Below, one piece after another: positions 18,395 through 27,469 of a stretch of DNA of 27,469 nt. The notes below the pieces were generated by a model that did no database searches, was not told where the DNA came from, and worked only from the letters and a program-made list of their open reading frames with translations. Positions within the stretch are counted from its first letter, which is position 1. Each line of letters starts with the position of its first letter. A program made the position numbers and the translations under genes. The stretch is from Planctomycetota bacterium (GTDB lineage Bacteria; Planctomycetota; UBA11346). Location: the NCBI GenBank assembly GCA_044353645.1, contig JBILBP010000001.1, forward strand, positions 1-27,469, read 5' to 3'.

Positions 18395-19339
18395 TTAAGC
18401 GCAGTGCTCACTCAGGAAGTCCTGATAAGTCCGCCGCAGGCCTTCGACCAGCGTGATCCGCGATTTCCAGCCCAGGGCATCAAGTCGTCTGGTGTCCTGG
18501 AGCTTGCGCGGTGTGCCATCGGGCTTGCTGGCGTCCCATAGCAGTGTGCCTTGGTGGCCGACTGCTTTTTGGATCGCCTCCGCGAGTTGGCGGATCGTGA
18601 CTTCCTGGCCGCTGCCGACATTCAGCAGGGCTCGTGGCACGTCGGCGGCACGCACGTGTTCGGCGGCAAACAGAATCGCCTCGGCAAGATCATCGCTGTG
18701 CAGGAATTCACGCTGCGGCGTGCCGCTGCCCCAGATCGTGACCGGGGCATGGCCGGCGATCTTCGCCTCATGGAACTTACGCATCAGGGACGGCAGCACA
18801 TGGCCGCCGTTGAGATCGTAATTGTCGCCGGGACCGTACAGATTGGTCGGCATGAGGCTGAGGTAATCAGTTCCGTACTGTCGATTGCAACTTTCGATCA
18901 TGACCACGGCGGCGATCTTGGCGATCGCATACGGCTCATTGGTTGGCTCAAGGGCGCTGGTGAGCAACGATTCTTCGGTCATCGGCTGGGGCGCTTCACG
19001 TGGGTAGATGCACGAGGAGCCGAGGTTGATCAGTCGCGTCACGTCATGTGTGCGGCAGGCTTCGATGACGTTGGTGGCGATCATCAGATTCTGACGGATG
19101 AAATCATAGCGCAGGGTGTTGTTGGCCTGGATGCCGCCAACCTTGGCGGCTGCCAGGACCACGAGTGCGGGTCGCTCTTGGGCGACGAAAGCCGTGACGT
19201 CGGCTTCACGGGTGAGGTCCAGCTCGGCATGGGTCTTGAGCAGAAGATTACGATAGCCGCGTGCATGCAGGGCGCGGACCATTGCCGAGCCGACCAGGCC
19301 GCGATGGCCGGCGACCCAGATGGGAGTGTTGGGGGTCAT
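18395..19339 (-). CDS. fcl: GDP-L-fucose synthase (GDP-4-keto-6-deoxymannose 3,5-epimerase/4-reductase)
   Basis: VAGHRGLVGSA, AAAKVGGIQAN, LGSSCIYP, EPYAIAK, MPTNLYGPGDNY, WGSGTPQREFLH, KPDGTPRK. Confidence 0.97.
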   Translation of the reverse strand: MTPNTPIWVAGHRGLVGSAMVRALHARGYRNLLLKTHAELDLTREADVTAFVAQERPALVVLAAAKVGGIQANNTLRYDFIRQNLMIATNVIEACRTHDVTRLINLGSSCIYPREAPQPMTEESLLTSALEPTNEPYAIAKIAAVVMIESCNRQYGTDYLSLMPTNLYGPGDNYDLNGGHVLPSLMRKFHEAKIAGHAPVTIWGSGTPQREFLHSDDLAEAILFAAEHVRAADVPRALLNVGSGQEVTIRQLAEAIQKAVGHQGTLLWDASKPDGTPRKLQDTRRLDALGWKSRITLVEGLRRTYQDFLSEHCA

Positions 19340-19365
19340 GATGATTCGGTCTGAACGATATCGGC

Positions 19366-20457
19366 TTATTCGCGGAGGTCGGGGACGTGATAACCGTGGG
19401 AGCGCAGGAGCGAGGTCTGCTTGGCCTCCGACAGATCATGCTCCATCATTTCCTGCACCAGCTCTTCGATGCTCGTCTCGGGAACCCAGCCGAGCTTGGC
19501 CTTGGCCTTGGCTGGATTTCCCAGCAAGGTTTCGACTTCGCTGGGTCGGAAATAGCGCGGATCGATGCGCACGAGGGCTTTGCCGGTCGCCGCATCATAG
19601 CCGATCTCATTGACGCCGGTGCCTTCCCAGCGGATGGCGATGTCGGCGTGGCGGCAGGACATCTCGATGAATTGGCGCACGCTGTATTGCTTGCCGGTGG
19701 CGATGACGAAGTCGTCGGCCTGATCCTGCTGCAGCATCATCCACTGCATTTTCACGTAATCGCGGGCATGGCCCCAATCGCGCAGGCTGTCGATGTTGCC
19801 CATGTGCAGGCATTCTTCGAGGCCGAACTTGATGCGCGAAATGCCGCGGGTGATTTTGCGGGTGACGAAGGTCTCGCCACGGCGCGGCGATTCATGGTTG
19901 AAGAGGATGCCATTGCAGGCGTACATGCCGTAGGCTTCGCGGTAGTTCACCACGATCCAATACGCGTACATCTTGGCCACCGCGTAGGGCGAGCGCGGGT
20001 GGAAGGGCGTGGTTTCGGTCTGGGGAATCTCGCGGACCTTGCCGTAGAGCTCGCTGGTTGAGGCTTGGTAGAAGCGTGTCTTGCCCAGCAAGCCGCAGAT
20101 GCGGATGGCTTCAAGCAGGCGGACGGTGCCGGTACCATCGACATCAGCCACATATTCAGGCTGCTCAAACGACACCGCGACGTGGCTCATGGCTCCGAGA
20201 TTGTAGACTTCATCAGGCTGAATCTGTTGAACGATGCGGATCAGACTGCTTGAATCGCTCAGATCCCCATAGTGGAGGATGAGATTCCTGCCCTTTTGAT
20301 GCGGGTCGGTGTAGATATGATCGATCCGTTGGGTGTTGAAGAGCGAGGAGCGACGCTTGATGCCGTGGACCTCATAGCCTTTTTCAAGCAGGAATTCCGC
20401 CAGATAGGAACCGTCTTGGCCGGTGATCCCGGTAATGAGGGCTTTTTTACGAGTCAT
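19366..20457 (-). CDS. gmd: GDP-mannose 4,6-dehydratase
   Basis: [72 protein letters not shown]. The start is placed at MTRKK (20457), not the ORF-track start at 20595. Confidence 0.97.
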   Translation of the reverse strand: MTRKKALITGITGQDGSYLAEFLLEKGYEVHGIKRRSSLFNTQRIDHIYTDPHQKGRNLILHYGDLSDSSSLIRIVQQIQPDEVYNLGAMSHVAVSFEQPEYVADVDGTGTVRLLEAIRICGLLGKTRFYQASTSELYGKVREIPQTETTPFHPRSPYAVAKMYAYWIVVNYREAYGMYACNGILFNHESPRRGETFVTRKITRGISRIKFGLEECLHMGNIDSLRDWGHARDYVKMQWMMLQQDQADDFVIATGKQYSVRQFIEMSCRHADIAIRWEGTGVNEIGYDAATGKALVRIDPRYFRPSEVETLLGNPAKAKAKLGWVPETSIEELVQEMMEHDLSEAKQTSLLRSHGYHVPDLRE

Positions 20458-20660
20458 CGACAATACCTGCGGTGATCTGGAAAAACGGTAGGGATGAGCG
20501 GATGCGGGACGATTACGAACAAGCGTCATTGGCCTACGTAGGTTGCAAGGCGTGCCTGACTCGGTTCCGTCACTGGCTTTTCCTTGAATCACCATGTATT
20601 CCTACGGCGACGTTCGTTATCCGATAGGATTTGGACGAGCCCGTTCACGAGGAGCCATGA

Positions 20661-21299
20661 ATGTCACTTCAGCCAGCCGCCGCTGACCAACCGGCATCCC
20701 CATCAAGAATATCGCGCGATGAACGCTTCGGCCTTTTGCGACAGCGCGGAGCGGTGGTGTGGTTGACCGGGCTCTCCGGTGCCGGCAAGACCACGATTGC
20801 CAGGGCCTGCGAACGGCAGCTGATCGAGGCCGGGCGTGTTGCCTATGTGCTCGATGGTGACGAGGTCCGTCAAGGATTGTCGCGTGATCTTGGATTCAGT
20901 CCGACCGATCGTCACGAACAGATCCGTCGTGTGGGGGAAGTGGCACGATTATTCGCTGACGCCGGGGTGATTGTCATCGTCGCCTTGATCTCGCCGTATG
21001 CGGCCGATCGTGCCGCCGCCCGCGCGTGTGCGGTGGACTTGACCTTTTTGGAAGTTTTCGTCGATGCTTCCATGAGCCACTGCGAGGCCCGGGACACCAA
21101 GGGTCTCTATCGCCAAGCCCGCAATGGGACGATTGGCAACCTTACTGGCCTAGGCTCGCCATACGAGGTGCCGACGGCGCCCGATCTGCGACTGAGTACG
21201 GGAGAGCAGTCAGTTGCAGAATCACTCGCGGCACTGTGGCAGTTGTTGGGCGCACGGGGTTTGCTGCTGATGCATGAATCAACTCCATCGTCGCCTTAG
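20661..21299 (+). CDS. cysC: Adenylyl-sulfate (APS) kinase
   Basis: WLTGLSGAGKTT (P-loop), LDGDEVRQGL, RRVGEVARLFADAG, LISPY, RDTKGLY, TGLGSPYEVP. Confidence 0.95.
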   Translation: MSLQPAAADQPASPSRISRDERFGLLRQRGAVVWLTGLSGAGKTTIARACERQLIEAGRVAYVLDGDEVRQGLSRDLGFSPTDRHEQIRRVGEVARLFADAGVIVIVALISPYAADRAAARACAVDLTFLEVFVDASMSHCEARDTKGLYRQARNGTIGNLTGLGSPYEVPTAPDLRLSTGEQSVAESLAALWQLLGARGLLLMHESTPSSP

Positions 21300-21402
21300 A
21301 GCGGGTCGCAATTAATAACCGTTTGCCCAAGGGCAGTGAATCGTCTTTATAACCGCTTCGAGGTCTGGCATCTTCATGTTGAGCCTGTCAGGCGAAGCTT
21401 GT

Positions 21403-22353
21403 TCACGCGATCACCAAGCCAGTGATGATTCGTGATATTTGAGGGCCTAGGAAATCTCCCTTTAACAGATCCAAGCGGCGAGCTAAAGCACTCATATGAG
21501 CGTGACTGGCGCATCGCAGCGCCGCTTGCACGGCAGGATGATCATGAAAATCAGGGCGATTTCCGTAGCGTTCGGCGAAGGTCGTTGCCTGTTGACGTAG
21601 TGTCCGGAGATTGTGCCTGCGGCGAGCCAAGCGTGCTGCCGCATACGTAATTCTCCCGCTTATTTCACGAGGTACGGCTCCTGATTCGGTCACATTGCCG
21701 CCATGGAAACGATAGGAAATCCGGGCTGACGGTTCGCAGCCAATCTTCCCAAAGCCTGAGGCGACCAGGGCCAACCAATAATCATGCATCACCGCCGTCG
21801 GGGGAATCGGCAACGCCAAGTCGATCAATGACCGATTGACCACCATGGTGCATCCCCACAGCACGGAGCGGTAAAGCATTCGGCGAAATTGTTGGTCTCG
21901 TGGAGGATAAACTCGACGCCAGCGATGCAGCGAACTCGACATCTCCATCCCCTGCGCATCGACAACCCGTAAGTCACCATGAACGCAGAGCGGGACCTTT
22001 GCGCCGTGACGTTGAGCCATGACCTGAAGTCGTGCCATCGAACGCGCCAGCTTATCTGAATCCCAACAATCATCCTGATCGCAGAGCGCCACGTATTCAG
22101 CGCTTGTTGCGGCCAAGAGCCGAGAAAAATTTGTTCGAGGCCCGCCCGTCGGTTCTTGTGATATCCAGACGACCGGGAAGGGAGCCGTTTTTGCAAATGC
22201 ATCGACGCAGGCCACCGACTGATCAGAGCTGCCATCGTCGGCCACCAGCAAACGGCTCGGCAGTAATTTCTGCCGAGCTAACGAAGACAATTGCTCCGGT
22301 AGATACTGGGCACCATTATAAGTGGCAAGTACAACCTCAAGGTCACACCTCAC
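21403..22353 (-). CDS. Glycosyltransferase family 2 (rhamnosyltransferase-like, RgpB type)
   Basis: [48 protein letters not shown]. It overlaps the rmlB stop (22350-22353), which suggests a dTDP-Rha donor (inference). Confidence 0.88.
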   Translation of the reverse strand: MRCDLEVVLATYNGAQYLPEQLSSLARQKLLPSRLLVADDGSSDQSVACVDAFAKTAPFPVVWISQEPTGGPRTNFSRLLAATSAEYVALCDQDDCWDSDKLARSMARLQVMAQRHGAKVPLCVHGDLRVVDAQGMEMSSSLHRWRRVYPPRDQQFRRMLYRSVLWGCTMVVNRSLIDLALPIPPTAVMHDYWLALVASGFGKIGCEPSARISYRFHGGNVTESGAVPREISGRITYAAARLARRRHNLRTLRQQATTFAERYGNRPDFHDHPAVQAALRCASHAHMSALARRLDLLKGDFLGPQISRIITGLVIA

Positions 22354-23456
22354 CCCTGGCCAGTTCCTAACCGCTCACCCCGGTAGGTGCCGCTGCGAAT
22401 ACGTGCGATCCATTCAGGGTGATCCAAGTACCATTGTACAGTCTTGCGCAGACCGGTGGCGAAGGTCTCGCGTGGTTTCCATCCCAAGTCCCGTTCGATC
22501 TTGCCCGCGTCGATGGCGTAGCGCAGGTCGTGGCCCGGGCGGTCGGCGACAAAGGTGATCAGTGAGCGATAACCACCGACGCGACCGCTCGGCTTCAGCT
22601 CGTCCAAGGTGTCGCATAACAAGTGCACGATGTCGAGATTCTTCCACTCGTTATGGCCGCCGACATTGTAGGTCTCACCGATGGCGCCGGTGCGTACGAT
22701 GCAATCGATGGCCCGGGCATGATCTTCGACATACAACCAGTCGCGGACATTGGCGCCTTTGCCATAGACCGGCAGTGATTTGCCGGCGAGGGCATTGGCG
22801 ATCATCAGCGGGATCAGCTTCTCGGGGAAGTGATAGGGGCCGTAGTTGTTTGAGCAGTTGCTCATCGTCACCGGTAGACCGAAGGTGCGATGCCATGCCC
22901 GTACGAGGTGATCGCTGGCGGCCTTCGAAGCGCTGTACGGACTCGATGGATCGTAGCTGGTGGCCTCGGTGAATAGCCCGCTATCGCCAAGCGAGCCGTA
23001 GACCTCATCCGTTGACACATGGTGGAAGCGCACGGTTTTGGCAGCATCGCCGGGAAGCATCGCCCAGGCCTGCCGGGCGGCATGCAGGAGCGTGGCGGTA
23101 CCCATGACATTGGTCTGGACAAATGCCATGGGTCCATCGATCGAGCGATCGACATGGCTCTCGGCGGCGAGATGGATGACGGTATCGGGGCGATGCTCCG
23201 CGAAGACCTGCGCGATCGCCGCGCCGTCACTGATGTCGGCTTTTACGAAGCGGTGGCGGGCGGCCTGGGTCGGCGAGAGATCAGCGAGATTGTCGGGGTT
23301 GCCGGCATAGGTCAGGACATCGAGATTGACCACGATCAGCTGCGGGTCGCTGACTAAGAGATGCCGGACGAGATTCGAACCGATGAAGCCCATGCCGCCG
23401 GTAACCAGGGCGATGCGCGGTGTATGCAGGGCGGGCGGCGACGAATGCTGGGGCAT
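22350..23456 (-). CDS. rfbB: dTDP-glucose 4,6-dehydratase (RmlB)
   Basis: [72 protein letters not shown]. Confidence 0.97.
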   Translation of the reverse strand: MPQHSSPPALHTPRIALVTGGMGFIGSNLVRHLLVSDPQLIVVNLDVLTYAGNPDNLADLSPTQAARHRFVKADISDGAAIAQVFAEHRPDTVIHLAAESHVDRSIDGPMAFVQTNVMGTATLLHAARQAWAMLPGDAAKTVRFHHVSTDEVYGSLGDSGLFTEATSYDPSSPYSASKAASDHLVRAWHRTFGLPVTMSNCSNNYGPYHFPEKLIPLMIANALAGKSLPVYGKGANVRDWLYVEDHARAIDCIVRTGAIGETYNVGGHNEWKNLDIVHLLCDTLDELKPSGRVGGYRSLITFVADRPGHDLRYAIDAGKIERDLGWKPRETFATGLRKTVQWYLDHPEWIARIRSGTYRGERLGTGQG

Positions 23457-23550
23457 GAATGATTTCCATGAACACAGGTGGGGCGATGGAGGAGCGTACG
23501 ATCGGATCCGCGCCCGTTTATTTACTTACAGTATAAGAGATGTCGGTGCG

Positions 23551-24396
23551 TCAATTAGCCGCGTGATCACCGACGTAACGCTGCAAGGCTTCTTGCCAGT
23601 CTTGCGGTTGAGGTAGCCCATGCACCCGCAAGGCGGTTTTCTCGAGGCGGCTGTTGGCTGGACGGGGTGCCGGGCGGGGGAAATCGGCGGTCGCGCAGGG
23701 TATCATCCCACGCGTCAATCCATAGTGCGCGAAGATTGCCTGGGCGAAACCGAACCATGAGGTTTCGCCGCTGCAGGTGAGGTGCAGGGTGCCCGCCAGA
23801 GGATGCACAAGCAGCCGCTCGATGGTGTCGGCGACCACGTCAGTCGAGGTCGGATTGCCGATTTGATCGGCGACTACCTTGAGTGGAGCCCCGCTTTCGC
23901 CACCCAGCTTGCGCATGGTATGGAGGAAGCTGGGCCCGCCGGGGCCATACAGCCAGGCGACGCGAGCAATCACGTGGTCGGCGCAATGCGTACGCACGGC
24001 TTCCTCGCCCGCGAGTTTGCTCTGGCCATAGACGGTGCGCGGGCCGACCGCATCCCACTCGCGATACGGGCGTTGGAGGTCGCCGCCGAAGACGTAATCG
24101 GTGCTGATCGCGATCAGTCGCGCGCCATGCCGCTGGCAGGCGATGGCGACATTGGCTGAGCCTATCCCATTGAGGGCGAAGGCGCGCTCGCTCTCGTTCT
24201 CGCAGGCATCGACCTTGGTGTGCGCCGCGCAGTGGATCACCACCTGGGGACGCCAGCCGCCGATCGCCTCGCTGACCGCCGTAGCCGAGGTCACATCGAG
24301 TTCGCGCGCACCAGTGGCACGTAGCTCATGGTGGGACAACCGGCGCACCAGGGTCCGGCCGAGCATGCCGGTGCCGCCGGTGATGAGGATCCTCAT
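23551..24396 (-). CDS. rfbD: dTDP-4-dehydrorhamnose reductase (RmlD)
   Basis: ITGGTGMLG, HCAAHTKVDACE, ISTDYVF, YGQSKLAGE, VVADQIGNPT, PAPRPANSRL. Confidence 0.96.
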   Translation of the reverse strand: MRILITGGTGMLGRTLVRRLSHHELRATGARELDVTSATAVSEAIGGWRPQVVIHCAAHTKVDACENESERAFALNGIGSANVAIACQRHGARLIAISTDYVFGGDLQRPYREWDAVGPRTVYGQSKLAGEEAVRTHCADHVIARVAWLYGPGGPSFLHTMRKLGGESGAPLKVVADQIGNPTSTDVVADTIERLLVHPLAGTLHLTCSGETSWFGFAQAIFAHYGLTRGMIPCATADFPRPAPRPANSRLEKTALRVHGLPQPQDWQEALQRYVGDHAAN

Positions 24397-24956
24397 CGCC
24401 GGTATGCGGGACGATCCGCGTGGGGAATTTCTGCCAGCAACGGCCAGGCGGCATCACGTTGATTCAGTTGCGGGACGACCCCGACATCCGGCCAGGGAAT
24501 AGCGACAGCGGGATCGTTCCAGCGCAAGCCGCGCTCATGTTCCTTCGACCAGTAGTCGGTGACCTTGTACAGCACATCCGCTGATTCGCTGGTAACCACG
24601 AAGCCATGGGCATAGCCCTTGGGTACCCATAGCATGCGCTTGTTGGTTTCGCTCAACTCGGCTGCGACCCACTTGCCGAAAGTCGGGCTATCGAGGCGCA
24701 CATCGACGACCACATCGTAAATCGCGCCGCGCAGGCAGCGCACGATCTTGTCTTGCGGCTGATGGATCTGGTAATGCAGGCCGCGCAGGATCCCACGCGG
24801 GGAGCGCGATTGATTGTCCTGTACGAATTTCTGTTCGAAGCCCAGCTCGGTAAATAGCTGCTGGTTGAAGGCTTCGTAGAAATATCCGCGTTCGTCGCCG
24901 AAGACCGTCGGCTCGAGGAGCCATACATCCGGCAAGGCCGTAGGAATCTTCTTCAT
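24393..24956 (-). CDS. rfbC: dTDP-4-dehydrorhamnose 3,5-epimerase (RmlC)
   Basis: FGDERGYFYE, QDNQSRS, LRGLHYQ, DVVVDVRLDSPTFGKW, WVPKGYAHGF, YKVTDY. Confidence 0.97.
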   Translation of the reverse strand: MKKIPTALPDVWLLEPTVFGDERGYFYEAFNQQLFTELGFEQKFVQDNQSRSPRGILRGLHYQIHQPQDKIVRCLRGAIYDVVVDVRLDSPTFGKWVAAELSETNKRMLWVPKGYAHGFVVTSESADVLYKVTDYWSKEHERGLRWNDPAVAIPWPDVGVVPQLNQRDAAWPLLAEIPHADRPAYRR

Positions 24957-24958
24957 GT

Positions 24959-25837
24959 TCAGCGGTGCCCCGCTTGGCGCAGCAGATCCCAGAGATAACT
25001 GGCATAGGCGCTCTTGCCCATGGCCTGGGCTTCGGCTTTCACCTCGTCTGGGCCGATCCAGCCATTGTGCCAGGCGATTTCTTCGAGGCAGGCGATCTTG
25101 AGTCCTTGGCGGGCCTCGATCGCTTCCACGAAATTGCCAGCCTCGAGCAGGCTTTGGTGTGTTCCGGTGTCAAGCCACGCCGTCCCTCGGCCGAGCTTCT
25201 CGACCTGCAGCTCGCCGCGGCCCAGAAAGACCTTGTTGAGATCGGTAATCTCATATTCGCCGCGGGCGCTGGGCTTGAGTTTTGCCGCCTCGTCGCACAC
25301 CTCCGGGCCATAGAAATACAGGCCGGGCACAGCATATTGGCTCTTCGGCTGCTGGGGTTTTTCCTCTAACGAGATCGCCTTGCCCTGGGCATCGAATTCG
25401 ACTACGCCGTAGGCCGAGGGATCGCGCACATAATAAGCGAAGACCAGACCGCCCTTACTGATCTGCGCGGCACGTCGGGTGGTATCGGTCATGCCATGAC
25501 CGTAGAAGATGTTATCGCCCAGCACCAGGCTTCCCGGACCACCGGCGAGAAAATCGCGGCCGATGACGAACGCCTGGGCCAGGCCATTGGGCACGGCCTG
25601 TTCCGCATAGCTGAAACGCATCCCCAGGCGCGCACCGTCGCCGAGCAGCTCGCGGAAGCGCGGAAGGTCCTGTGGCGTGCTGATGATCAACACCTCGCGG
25701 ATGCCAGCGAGCATCACCGTCGACAGCGGATAATAGATCATCGGCTTGTCGTACACCGGCATGAGCTGCTTGCTCACGACCTTGGTGCAAGGATGCAGTC
25801 GCGAACCAGCGCCGCCAGCAAGGATGATCGACTTCAT
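24959..25837 (-). CDS. rfbA: Glucose-1-phosphate thymidylyltransferase (RmlA)
   Basis: IILAGGAGSRLHP, SKQLMPVYDKPMIYYPL, PNGLAQAF, LGDNIFYG, EEKP, RGEYEITD, WLDTGT. Confidence 0.97.
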   Translation of the reverse strand: MKSIILAGGAGSRLHPCTKVVSKQLMPVYDKPMIYYPLSTVMLAGIREVLIISTPQDLPRFRELLGDGARLGMRFSYAEQAVPNGLAQAFVIGRDFLAGGPGSLVLGDNIFYGHGMTDTTRRAAQISKGGLVFAYYVRDPSAYGVVEFDAQGKAISLEEKPQQPKSQYAVPGLYFYGPEVCDEAAKLKPSARGEYEITDLNKVFLGRGELQVEKLGRGTAWLDTGTHQSLLEAGNFVEAIEARQGLKIACLEEIAWHNGWIGPDEVKAEAQAMGKSAYASYLWDLLRQAGHR

Positions 25838-25980
25838 GAGTCTGCCTGCCGTTCATCGCACAGTCGTCTGGCGTGGTGTGGTTTTTGCATAAAGAATTAG
25901 GATCGAGGAGAAAATGTGCGAGCTTTGCAATGATTTTTCAATGCAGGCTCAAGATCTTAGCCCGACCTCGAAAAATACAA

Positions 25981-26010
25981 ATTAAAGTGCTTGATCTATT
26001 TAGTATGCAA
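25981..26010 (-). promoter_or_regulatory. Candidate sigma70-type promoter for the rmlACDB operon
   Basis: The minus strand reads TTGCAT (26010-26005), 18 nt, then TTTAAT (25986-25981). It lies in an AT-rich spacer between divergent genes. Pattern match only. Confidence 0.4.
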
Positions 26011-26116
26011 TAGAATGAAGTGCGTACACGCTAAGCCTCGGGCCACATAGCCGTCTGAGCGCTGAATCACCCTTGATTGGAAGTCTCCCTGGCGAGGCTC
26101 GCTCTGCTTACCCAGG

Positions 26117-27376
26117 ATGGATATGCTCATGTCGCTAGTTCACTCGGGCCGTGCCAGGGTCTCATGGGCCGACACTTCCTTGGCCGTCGGCTTGCTGATT
26201 TCCGCTGTCGGCATGTGTGTCTCAGTTCCTCTCGTTTATGCCGGTTATGCAGTGGCTGCGGTCGGCGCTCTTCTTGAACCACGCCGCTTGGCCCCGTTTC
26301 TCGTCGGCTGGCCATGGGCATTGGCACTGAGCGCATGGATGACGCTATGCGGTTTTTTTAGCTCATTCGAAGTTTCCCGGGTGCCGCCGGGGTGGACCTA
26401 TTGCTGGTTGGCATTGCCGATATGGGCCTTGGCGGCTTCCCAGCCGCAGCGTTTGGCCTTGGCGATGTGGGGTTTCGCTTCTGGAGCAGTGCTTGCTACC
26501 ACTCTCGCGGCACTGCAGTTCTTTATCGGCTATGGCAACGACGTACCTCCCTGGCGCATCGATCGCCAGGGCCCGAAAATGGTGAAGGCCTCTGGTTTTT
26601 ATAGTCATTGGATCCGTTTCGGTGACGCGGTGGCATTTGCGGCCCTGGCACTGGCAGCATGGCTGTATCGGTTTCGAGGCTTGGCGCTGTCTCCGATCTG
26701 GTGGCGCTGTGGCGTAGCGGCATTCCTAGCCTTGGGCTTGGCAGCGACCTTCATCAGCAATGCTCGCGGCGCTTTCATCGCCTTTATCGTCGGCGCCTGG
26801 GTTCTAGCAGCGAGTCTGTTGCCGTGGCGTCGTCTTGGTGTGTTTACTGTTGCCATGATCGTGATCCTGGGCCTGACGGTGGCGTTGGCCTGGCCCACGC
26901 ACGGAGCACGCATCCAAAATGCCATGGCGGGGAGAGACGGACGGACCTACATCTGGCACACCGCTTGGGAAACTTTTCGTCAGCATCCGCTGACTGGTGT
27001 TGGACATCGTGGATACGATAAAGGTGCTTTGGCCACGGTGGCGCAGGGCCTGTCGGAAGCCGGCCCCGAAGGGGCTGATATGGGAAACGCACATAATAGT
27101 TTCTTAAGCCTATTGGTACTTTATGGCGTGCCGGGGTTGTTCTTGTGGTCAGCGTGGTTGTTCAGTGTCGGGCGCGAAATCTGGGGCCTGCGCCATCGCC
27201 ATCCGGCAGCAGGTCCGCTGCTGGTGGCGACGCTCAGCATATTTTTGGTAGGTTCCCTGACAGAGGATCTGGCGGCGTACGCATCATCGCGCTTTCAGCT
27301 CTTTTTCGGTTTGGCCGTGGCCCTGGGTTGCGCGCGAACCGTATCCCCGGCGGAAGGAGAGTTGCTGCGTCGCTGA
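26117..27376 (+). CDS. O-antigen ligase/polymerase family membrane protein (WaaL/Wzy_C-like)
   Basis: Many TM helices and SNARGAFIA. The periplasmic loop has RTYIWHTAWETFRQHPLTGVG followed by NAHNSFLSLLVLYGVPG (conserved Arg and the AHN His motif of O-antigen ligases). Confidence 0.85.
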   Translation: MDMLMSLVHSGRARVSWADTSLAVGLLISAVGMCVSVPLVYAGYAVAAVGALLEPRRLAPFLVGWPWALALSAWMTLCGFFSSFEVSRVPPGWTYCWLALPIWALAASQPQRLALAMWGFASGAVLATTLAALQFFIGYGNDVPPWRIDRQGPKMVKASGFYSHWIRFGDAVAFAALALAAWLYRFRGLALSPIWWRCGVAAFLALGLAATFISNARGAFIAFIVGAWVLAASLLPWRRLGVFTVAMIVILGLTVALAWPTHGARIQNAMAGRDGRTYIWHTAWETFRQHPLTGVGHRGYDKGALATVAQGLSEAGPEGADMGNAHNSFLSLLVLYGVPGLFLWSAWLFSVGREIWGLRHRHPAAGPLLVATLSIFLVGSLTEDLAAYASSRFQLFFGLAVALGCARTVSPAEGELLRR

Positions 27377-27418
27377 TTAAATCAGACGATTCGCAGAATG
27401 TGCGTCTCAACCAAGCTC

Positions 27419-27447
27419 TTTACAGATAATATCATGGTATACATACT
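27419..27447 (+). promoter_or_regulatory. Candidate sigma70-type promoter for the next gene
   Basis: TTTACA (27419-27424), 17 nt, then CATACT (27442-27447), in an AT-rich stretch after the ligase stop codon. Pattern match only. Confidence 0.35.
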
Positions 27448-27458
27448 AATGTACCACT

Positions 27459-27469
27459 ATGAAAAAAGC
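27459..27469 (+). CDS. Possible start of a downstream gene cut by the window edge (MKK...)
   Basis: ATG AAA AAA GC at the edge, after a promoter-like element. It is too short to verify. Confidence 0.3.

Noticed and set aside
18551-20061. Plus-strand ORFs 18551-19354 (267 aa) and 19387-20061 (224 aa)
   Set aside because: These are antisense shadows of fcl and gmd.
20458-20595. 46-aa N-terminal extension of Gmd in the ORF track
   Set aside because: The Gmd family motif begins right after MTRKK (20457). The extension lies in the divergent gmd/cysC spacer.
1-27469. CRISPR arrays, tRNA/rRNA genes, IS elements/integrases, phase-variable simple repeats
   Set aside because: By eye I saw no regularly spaced repeats, RNA-gene signatures, transposase/recombinase ORFs or long homopolymer/SSR tracts. 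A dedicated scan was not possible.

Overview
A bacterial cell-surface polysaccharide (O-antigen/LPS-type) biosynthesis locus in three blocks. (1) Plus strand 3-8747: a 5'-truncated CapD/PglF/WbpM-type 4,6-dehydratase, then an assembly cassette with Wzx flippase, an RfbV-like GT2 fused in frame to a WbbJ-like O-acetyltransferase, a second GT2, a WbaZ-like GT4 and a WbaP initiating transferase. (2) Plus strand 9159-18333: rfbF-rfbG-rfbH (CDP-3,6-dideoxy-4-ketohexose) followed directly by dmpF/dmpG-like genes, an SDR, a ThDP-dependent enzyme and a second SDR. I infer that this block makes a C4-acyl-branched higher-carbon sugar (erwiniose/yersiniose class), with DmpFG running in the biosynthetic direction. 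(3) Minus strand 18395-25837: rmlA-C-D-B, a GT2, and gmd-fcl, interrupted by an oppositely oriented lone cysC. A divergently transcribed O-antigen ligase-family gene follows, and a possible next gene starts at the right edge. I found no RNA genes, CRISPR arrays or mobile elements. All calls come from motif recognition by eye; no database searches were run.
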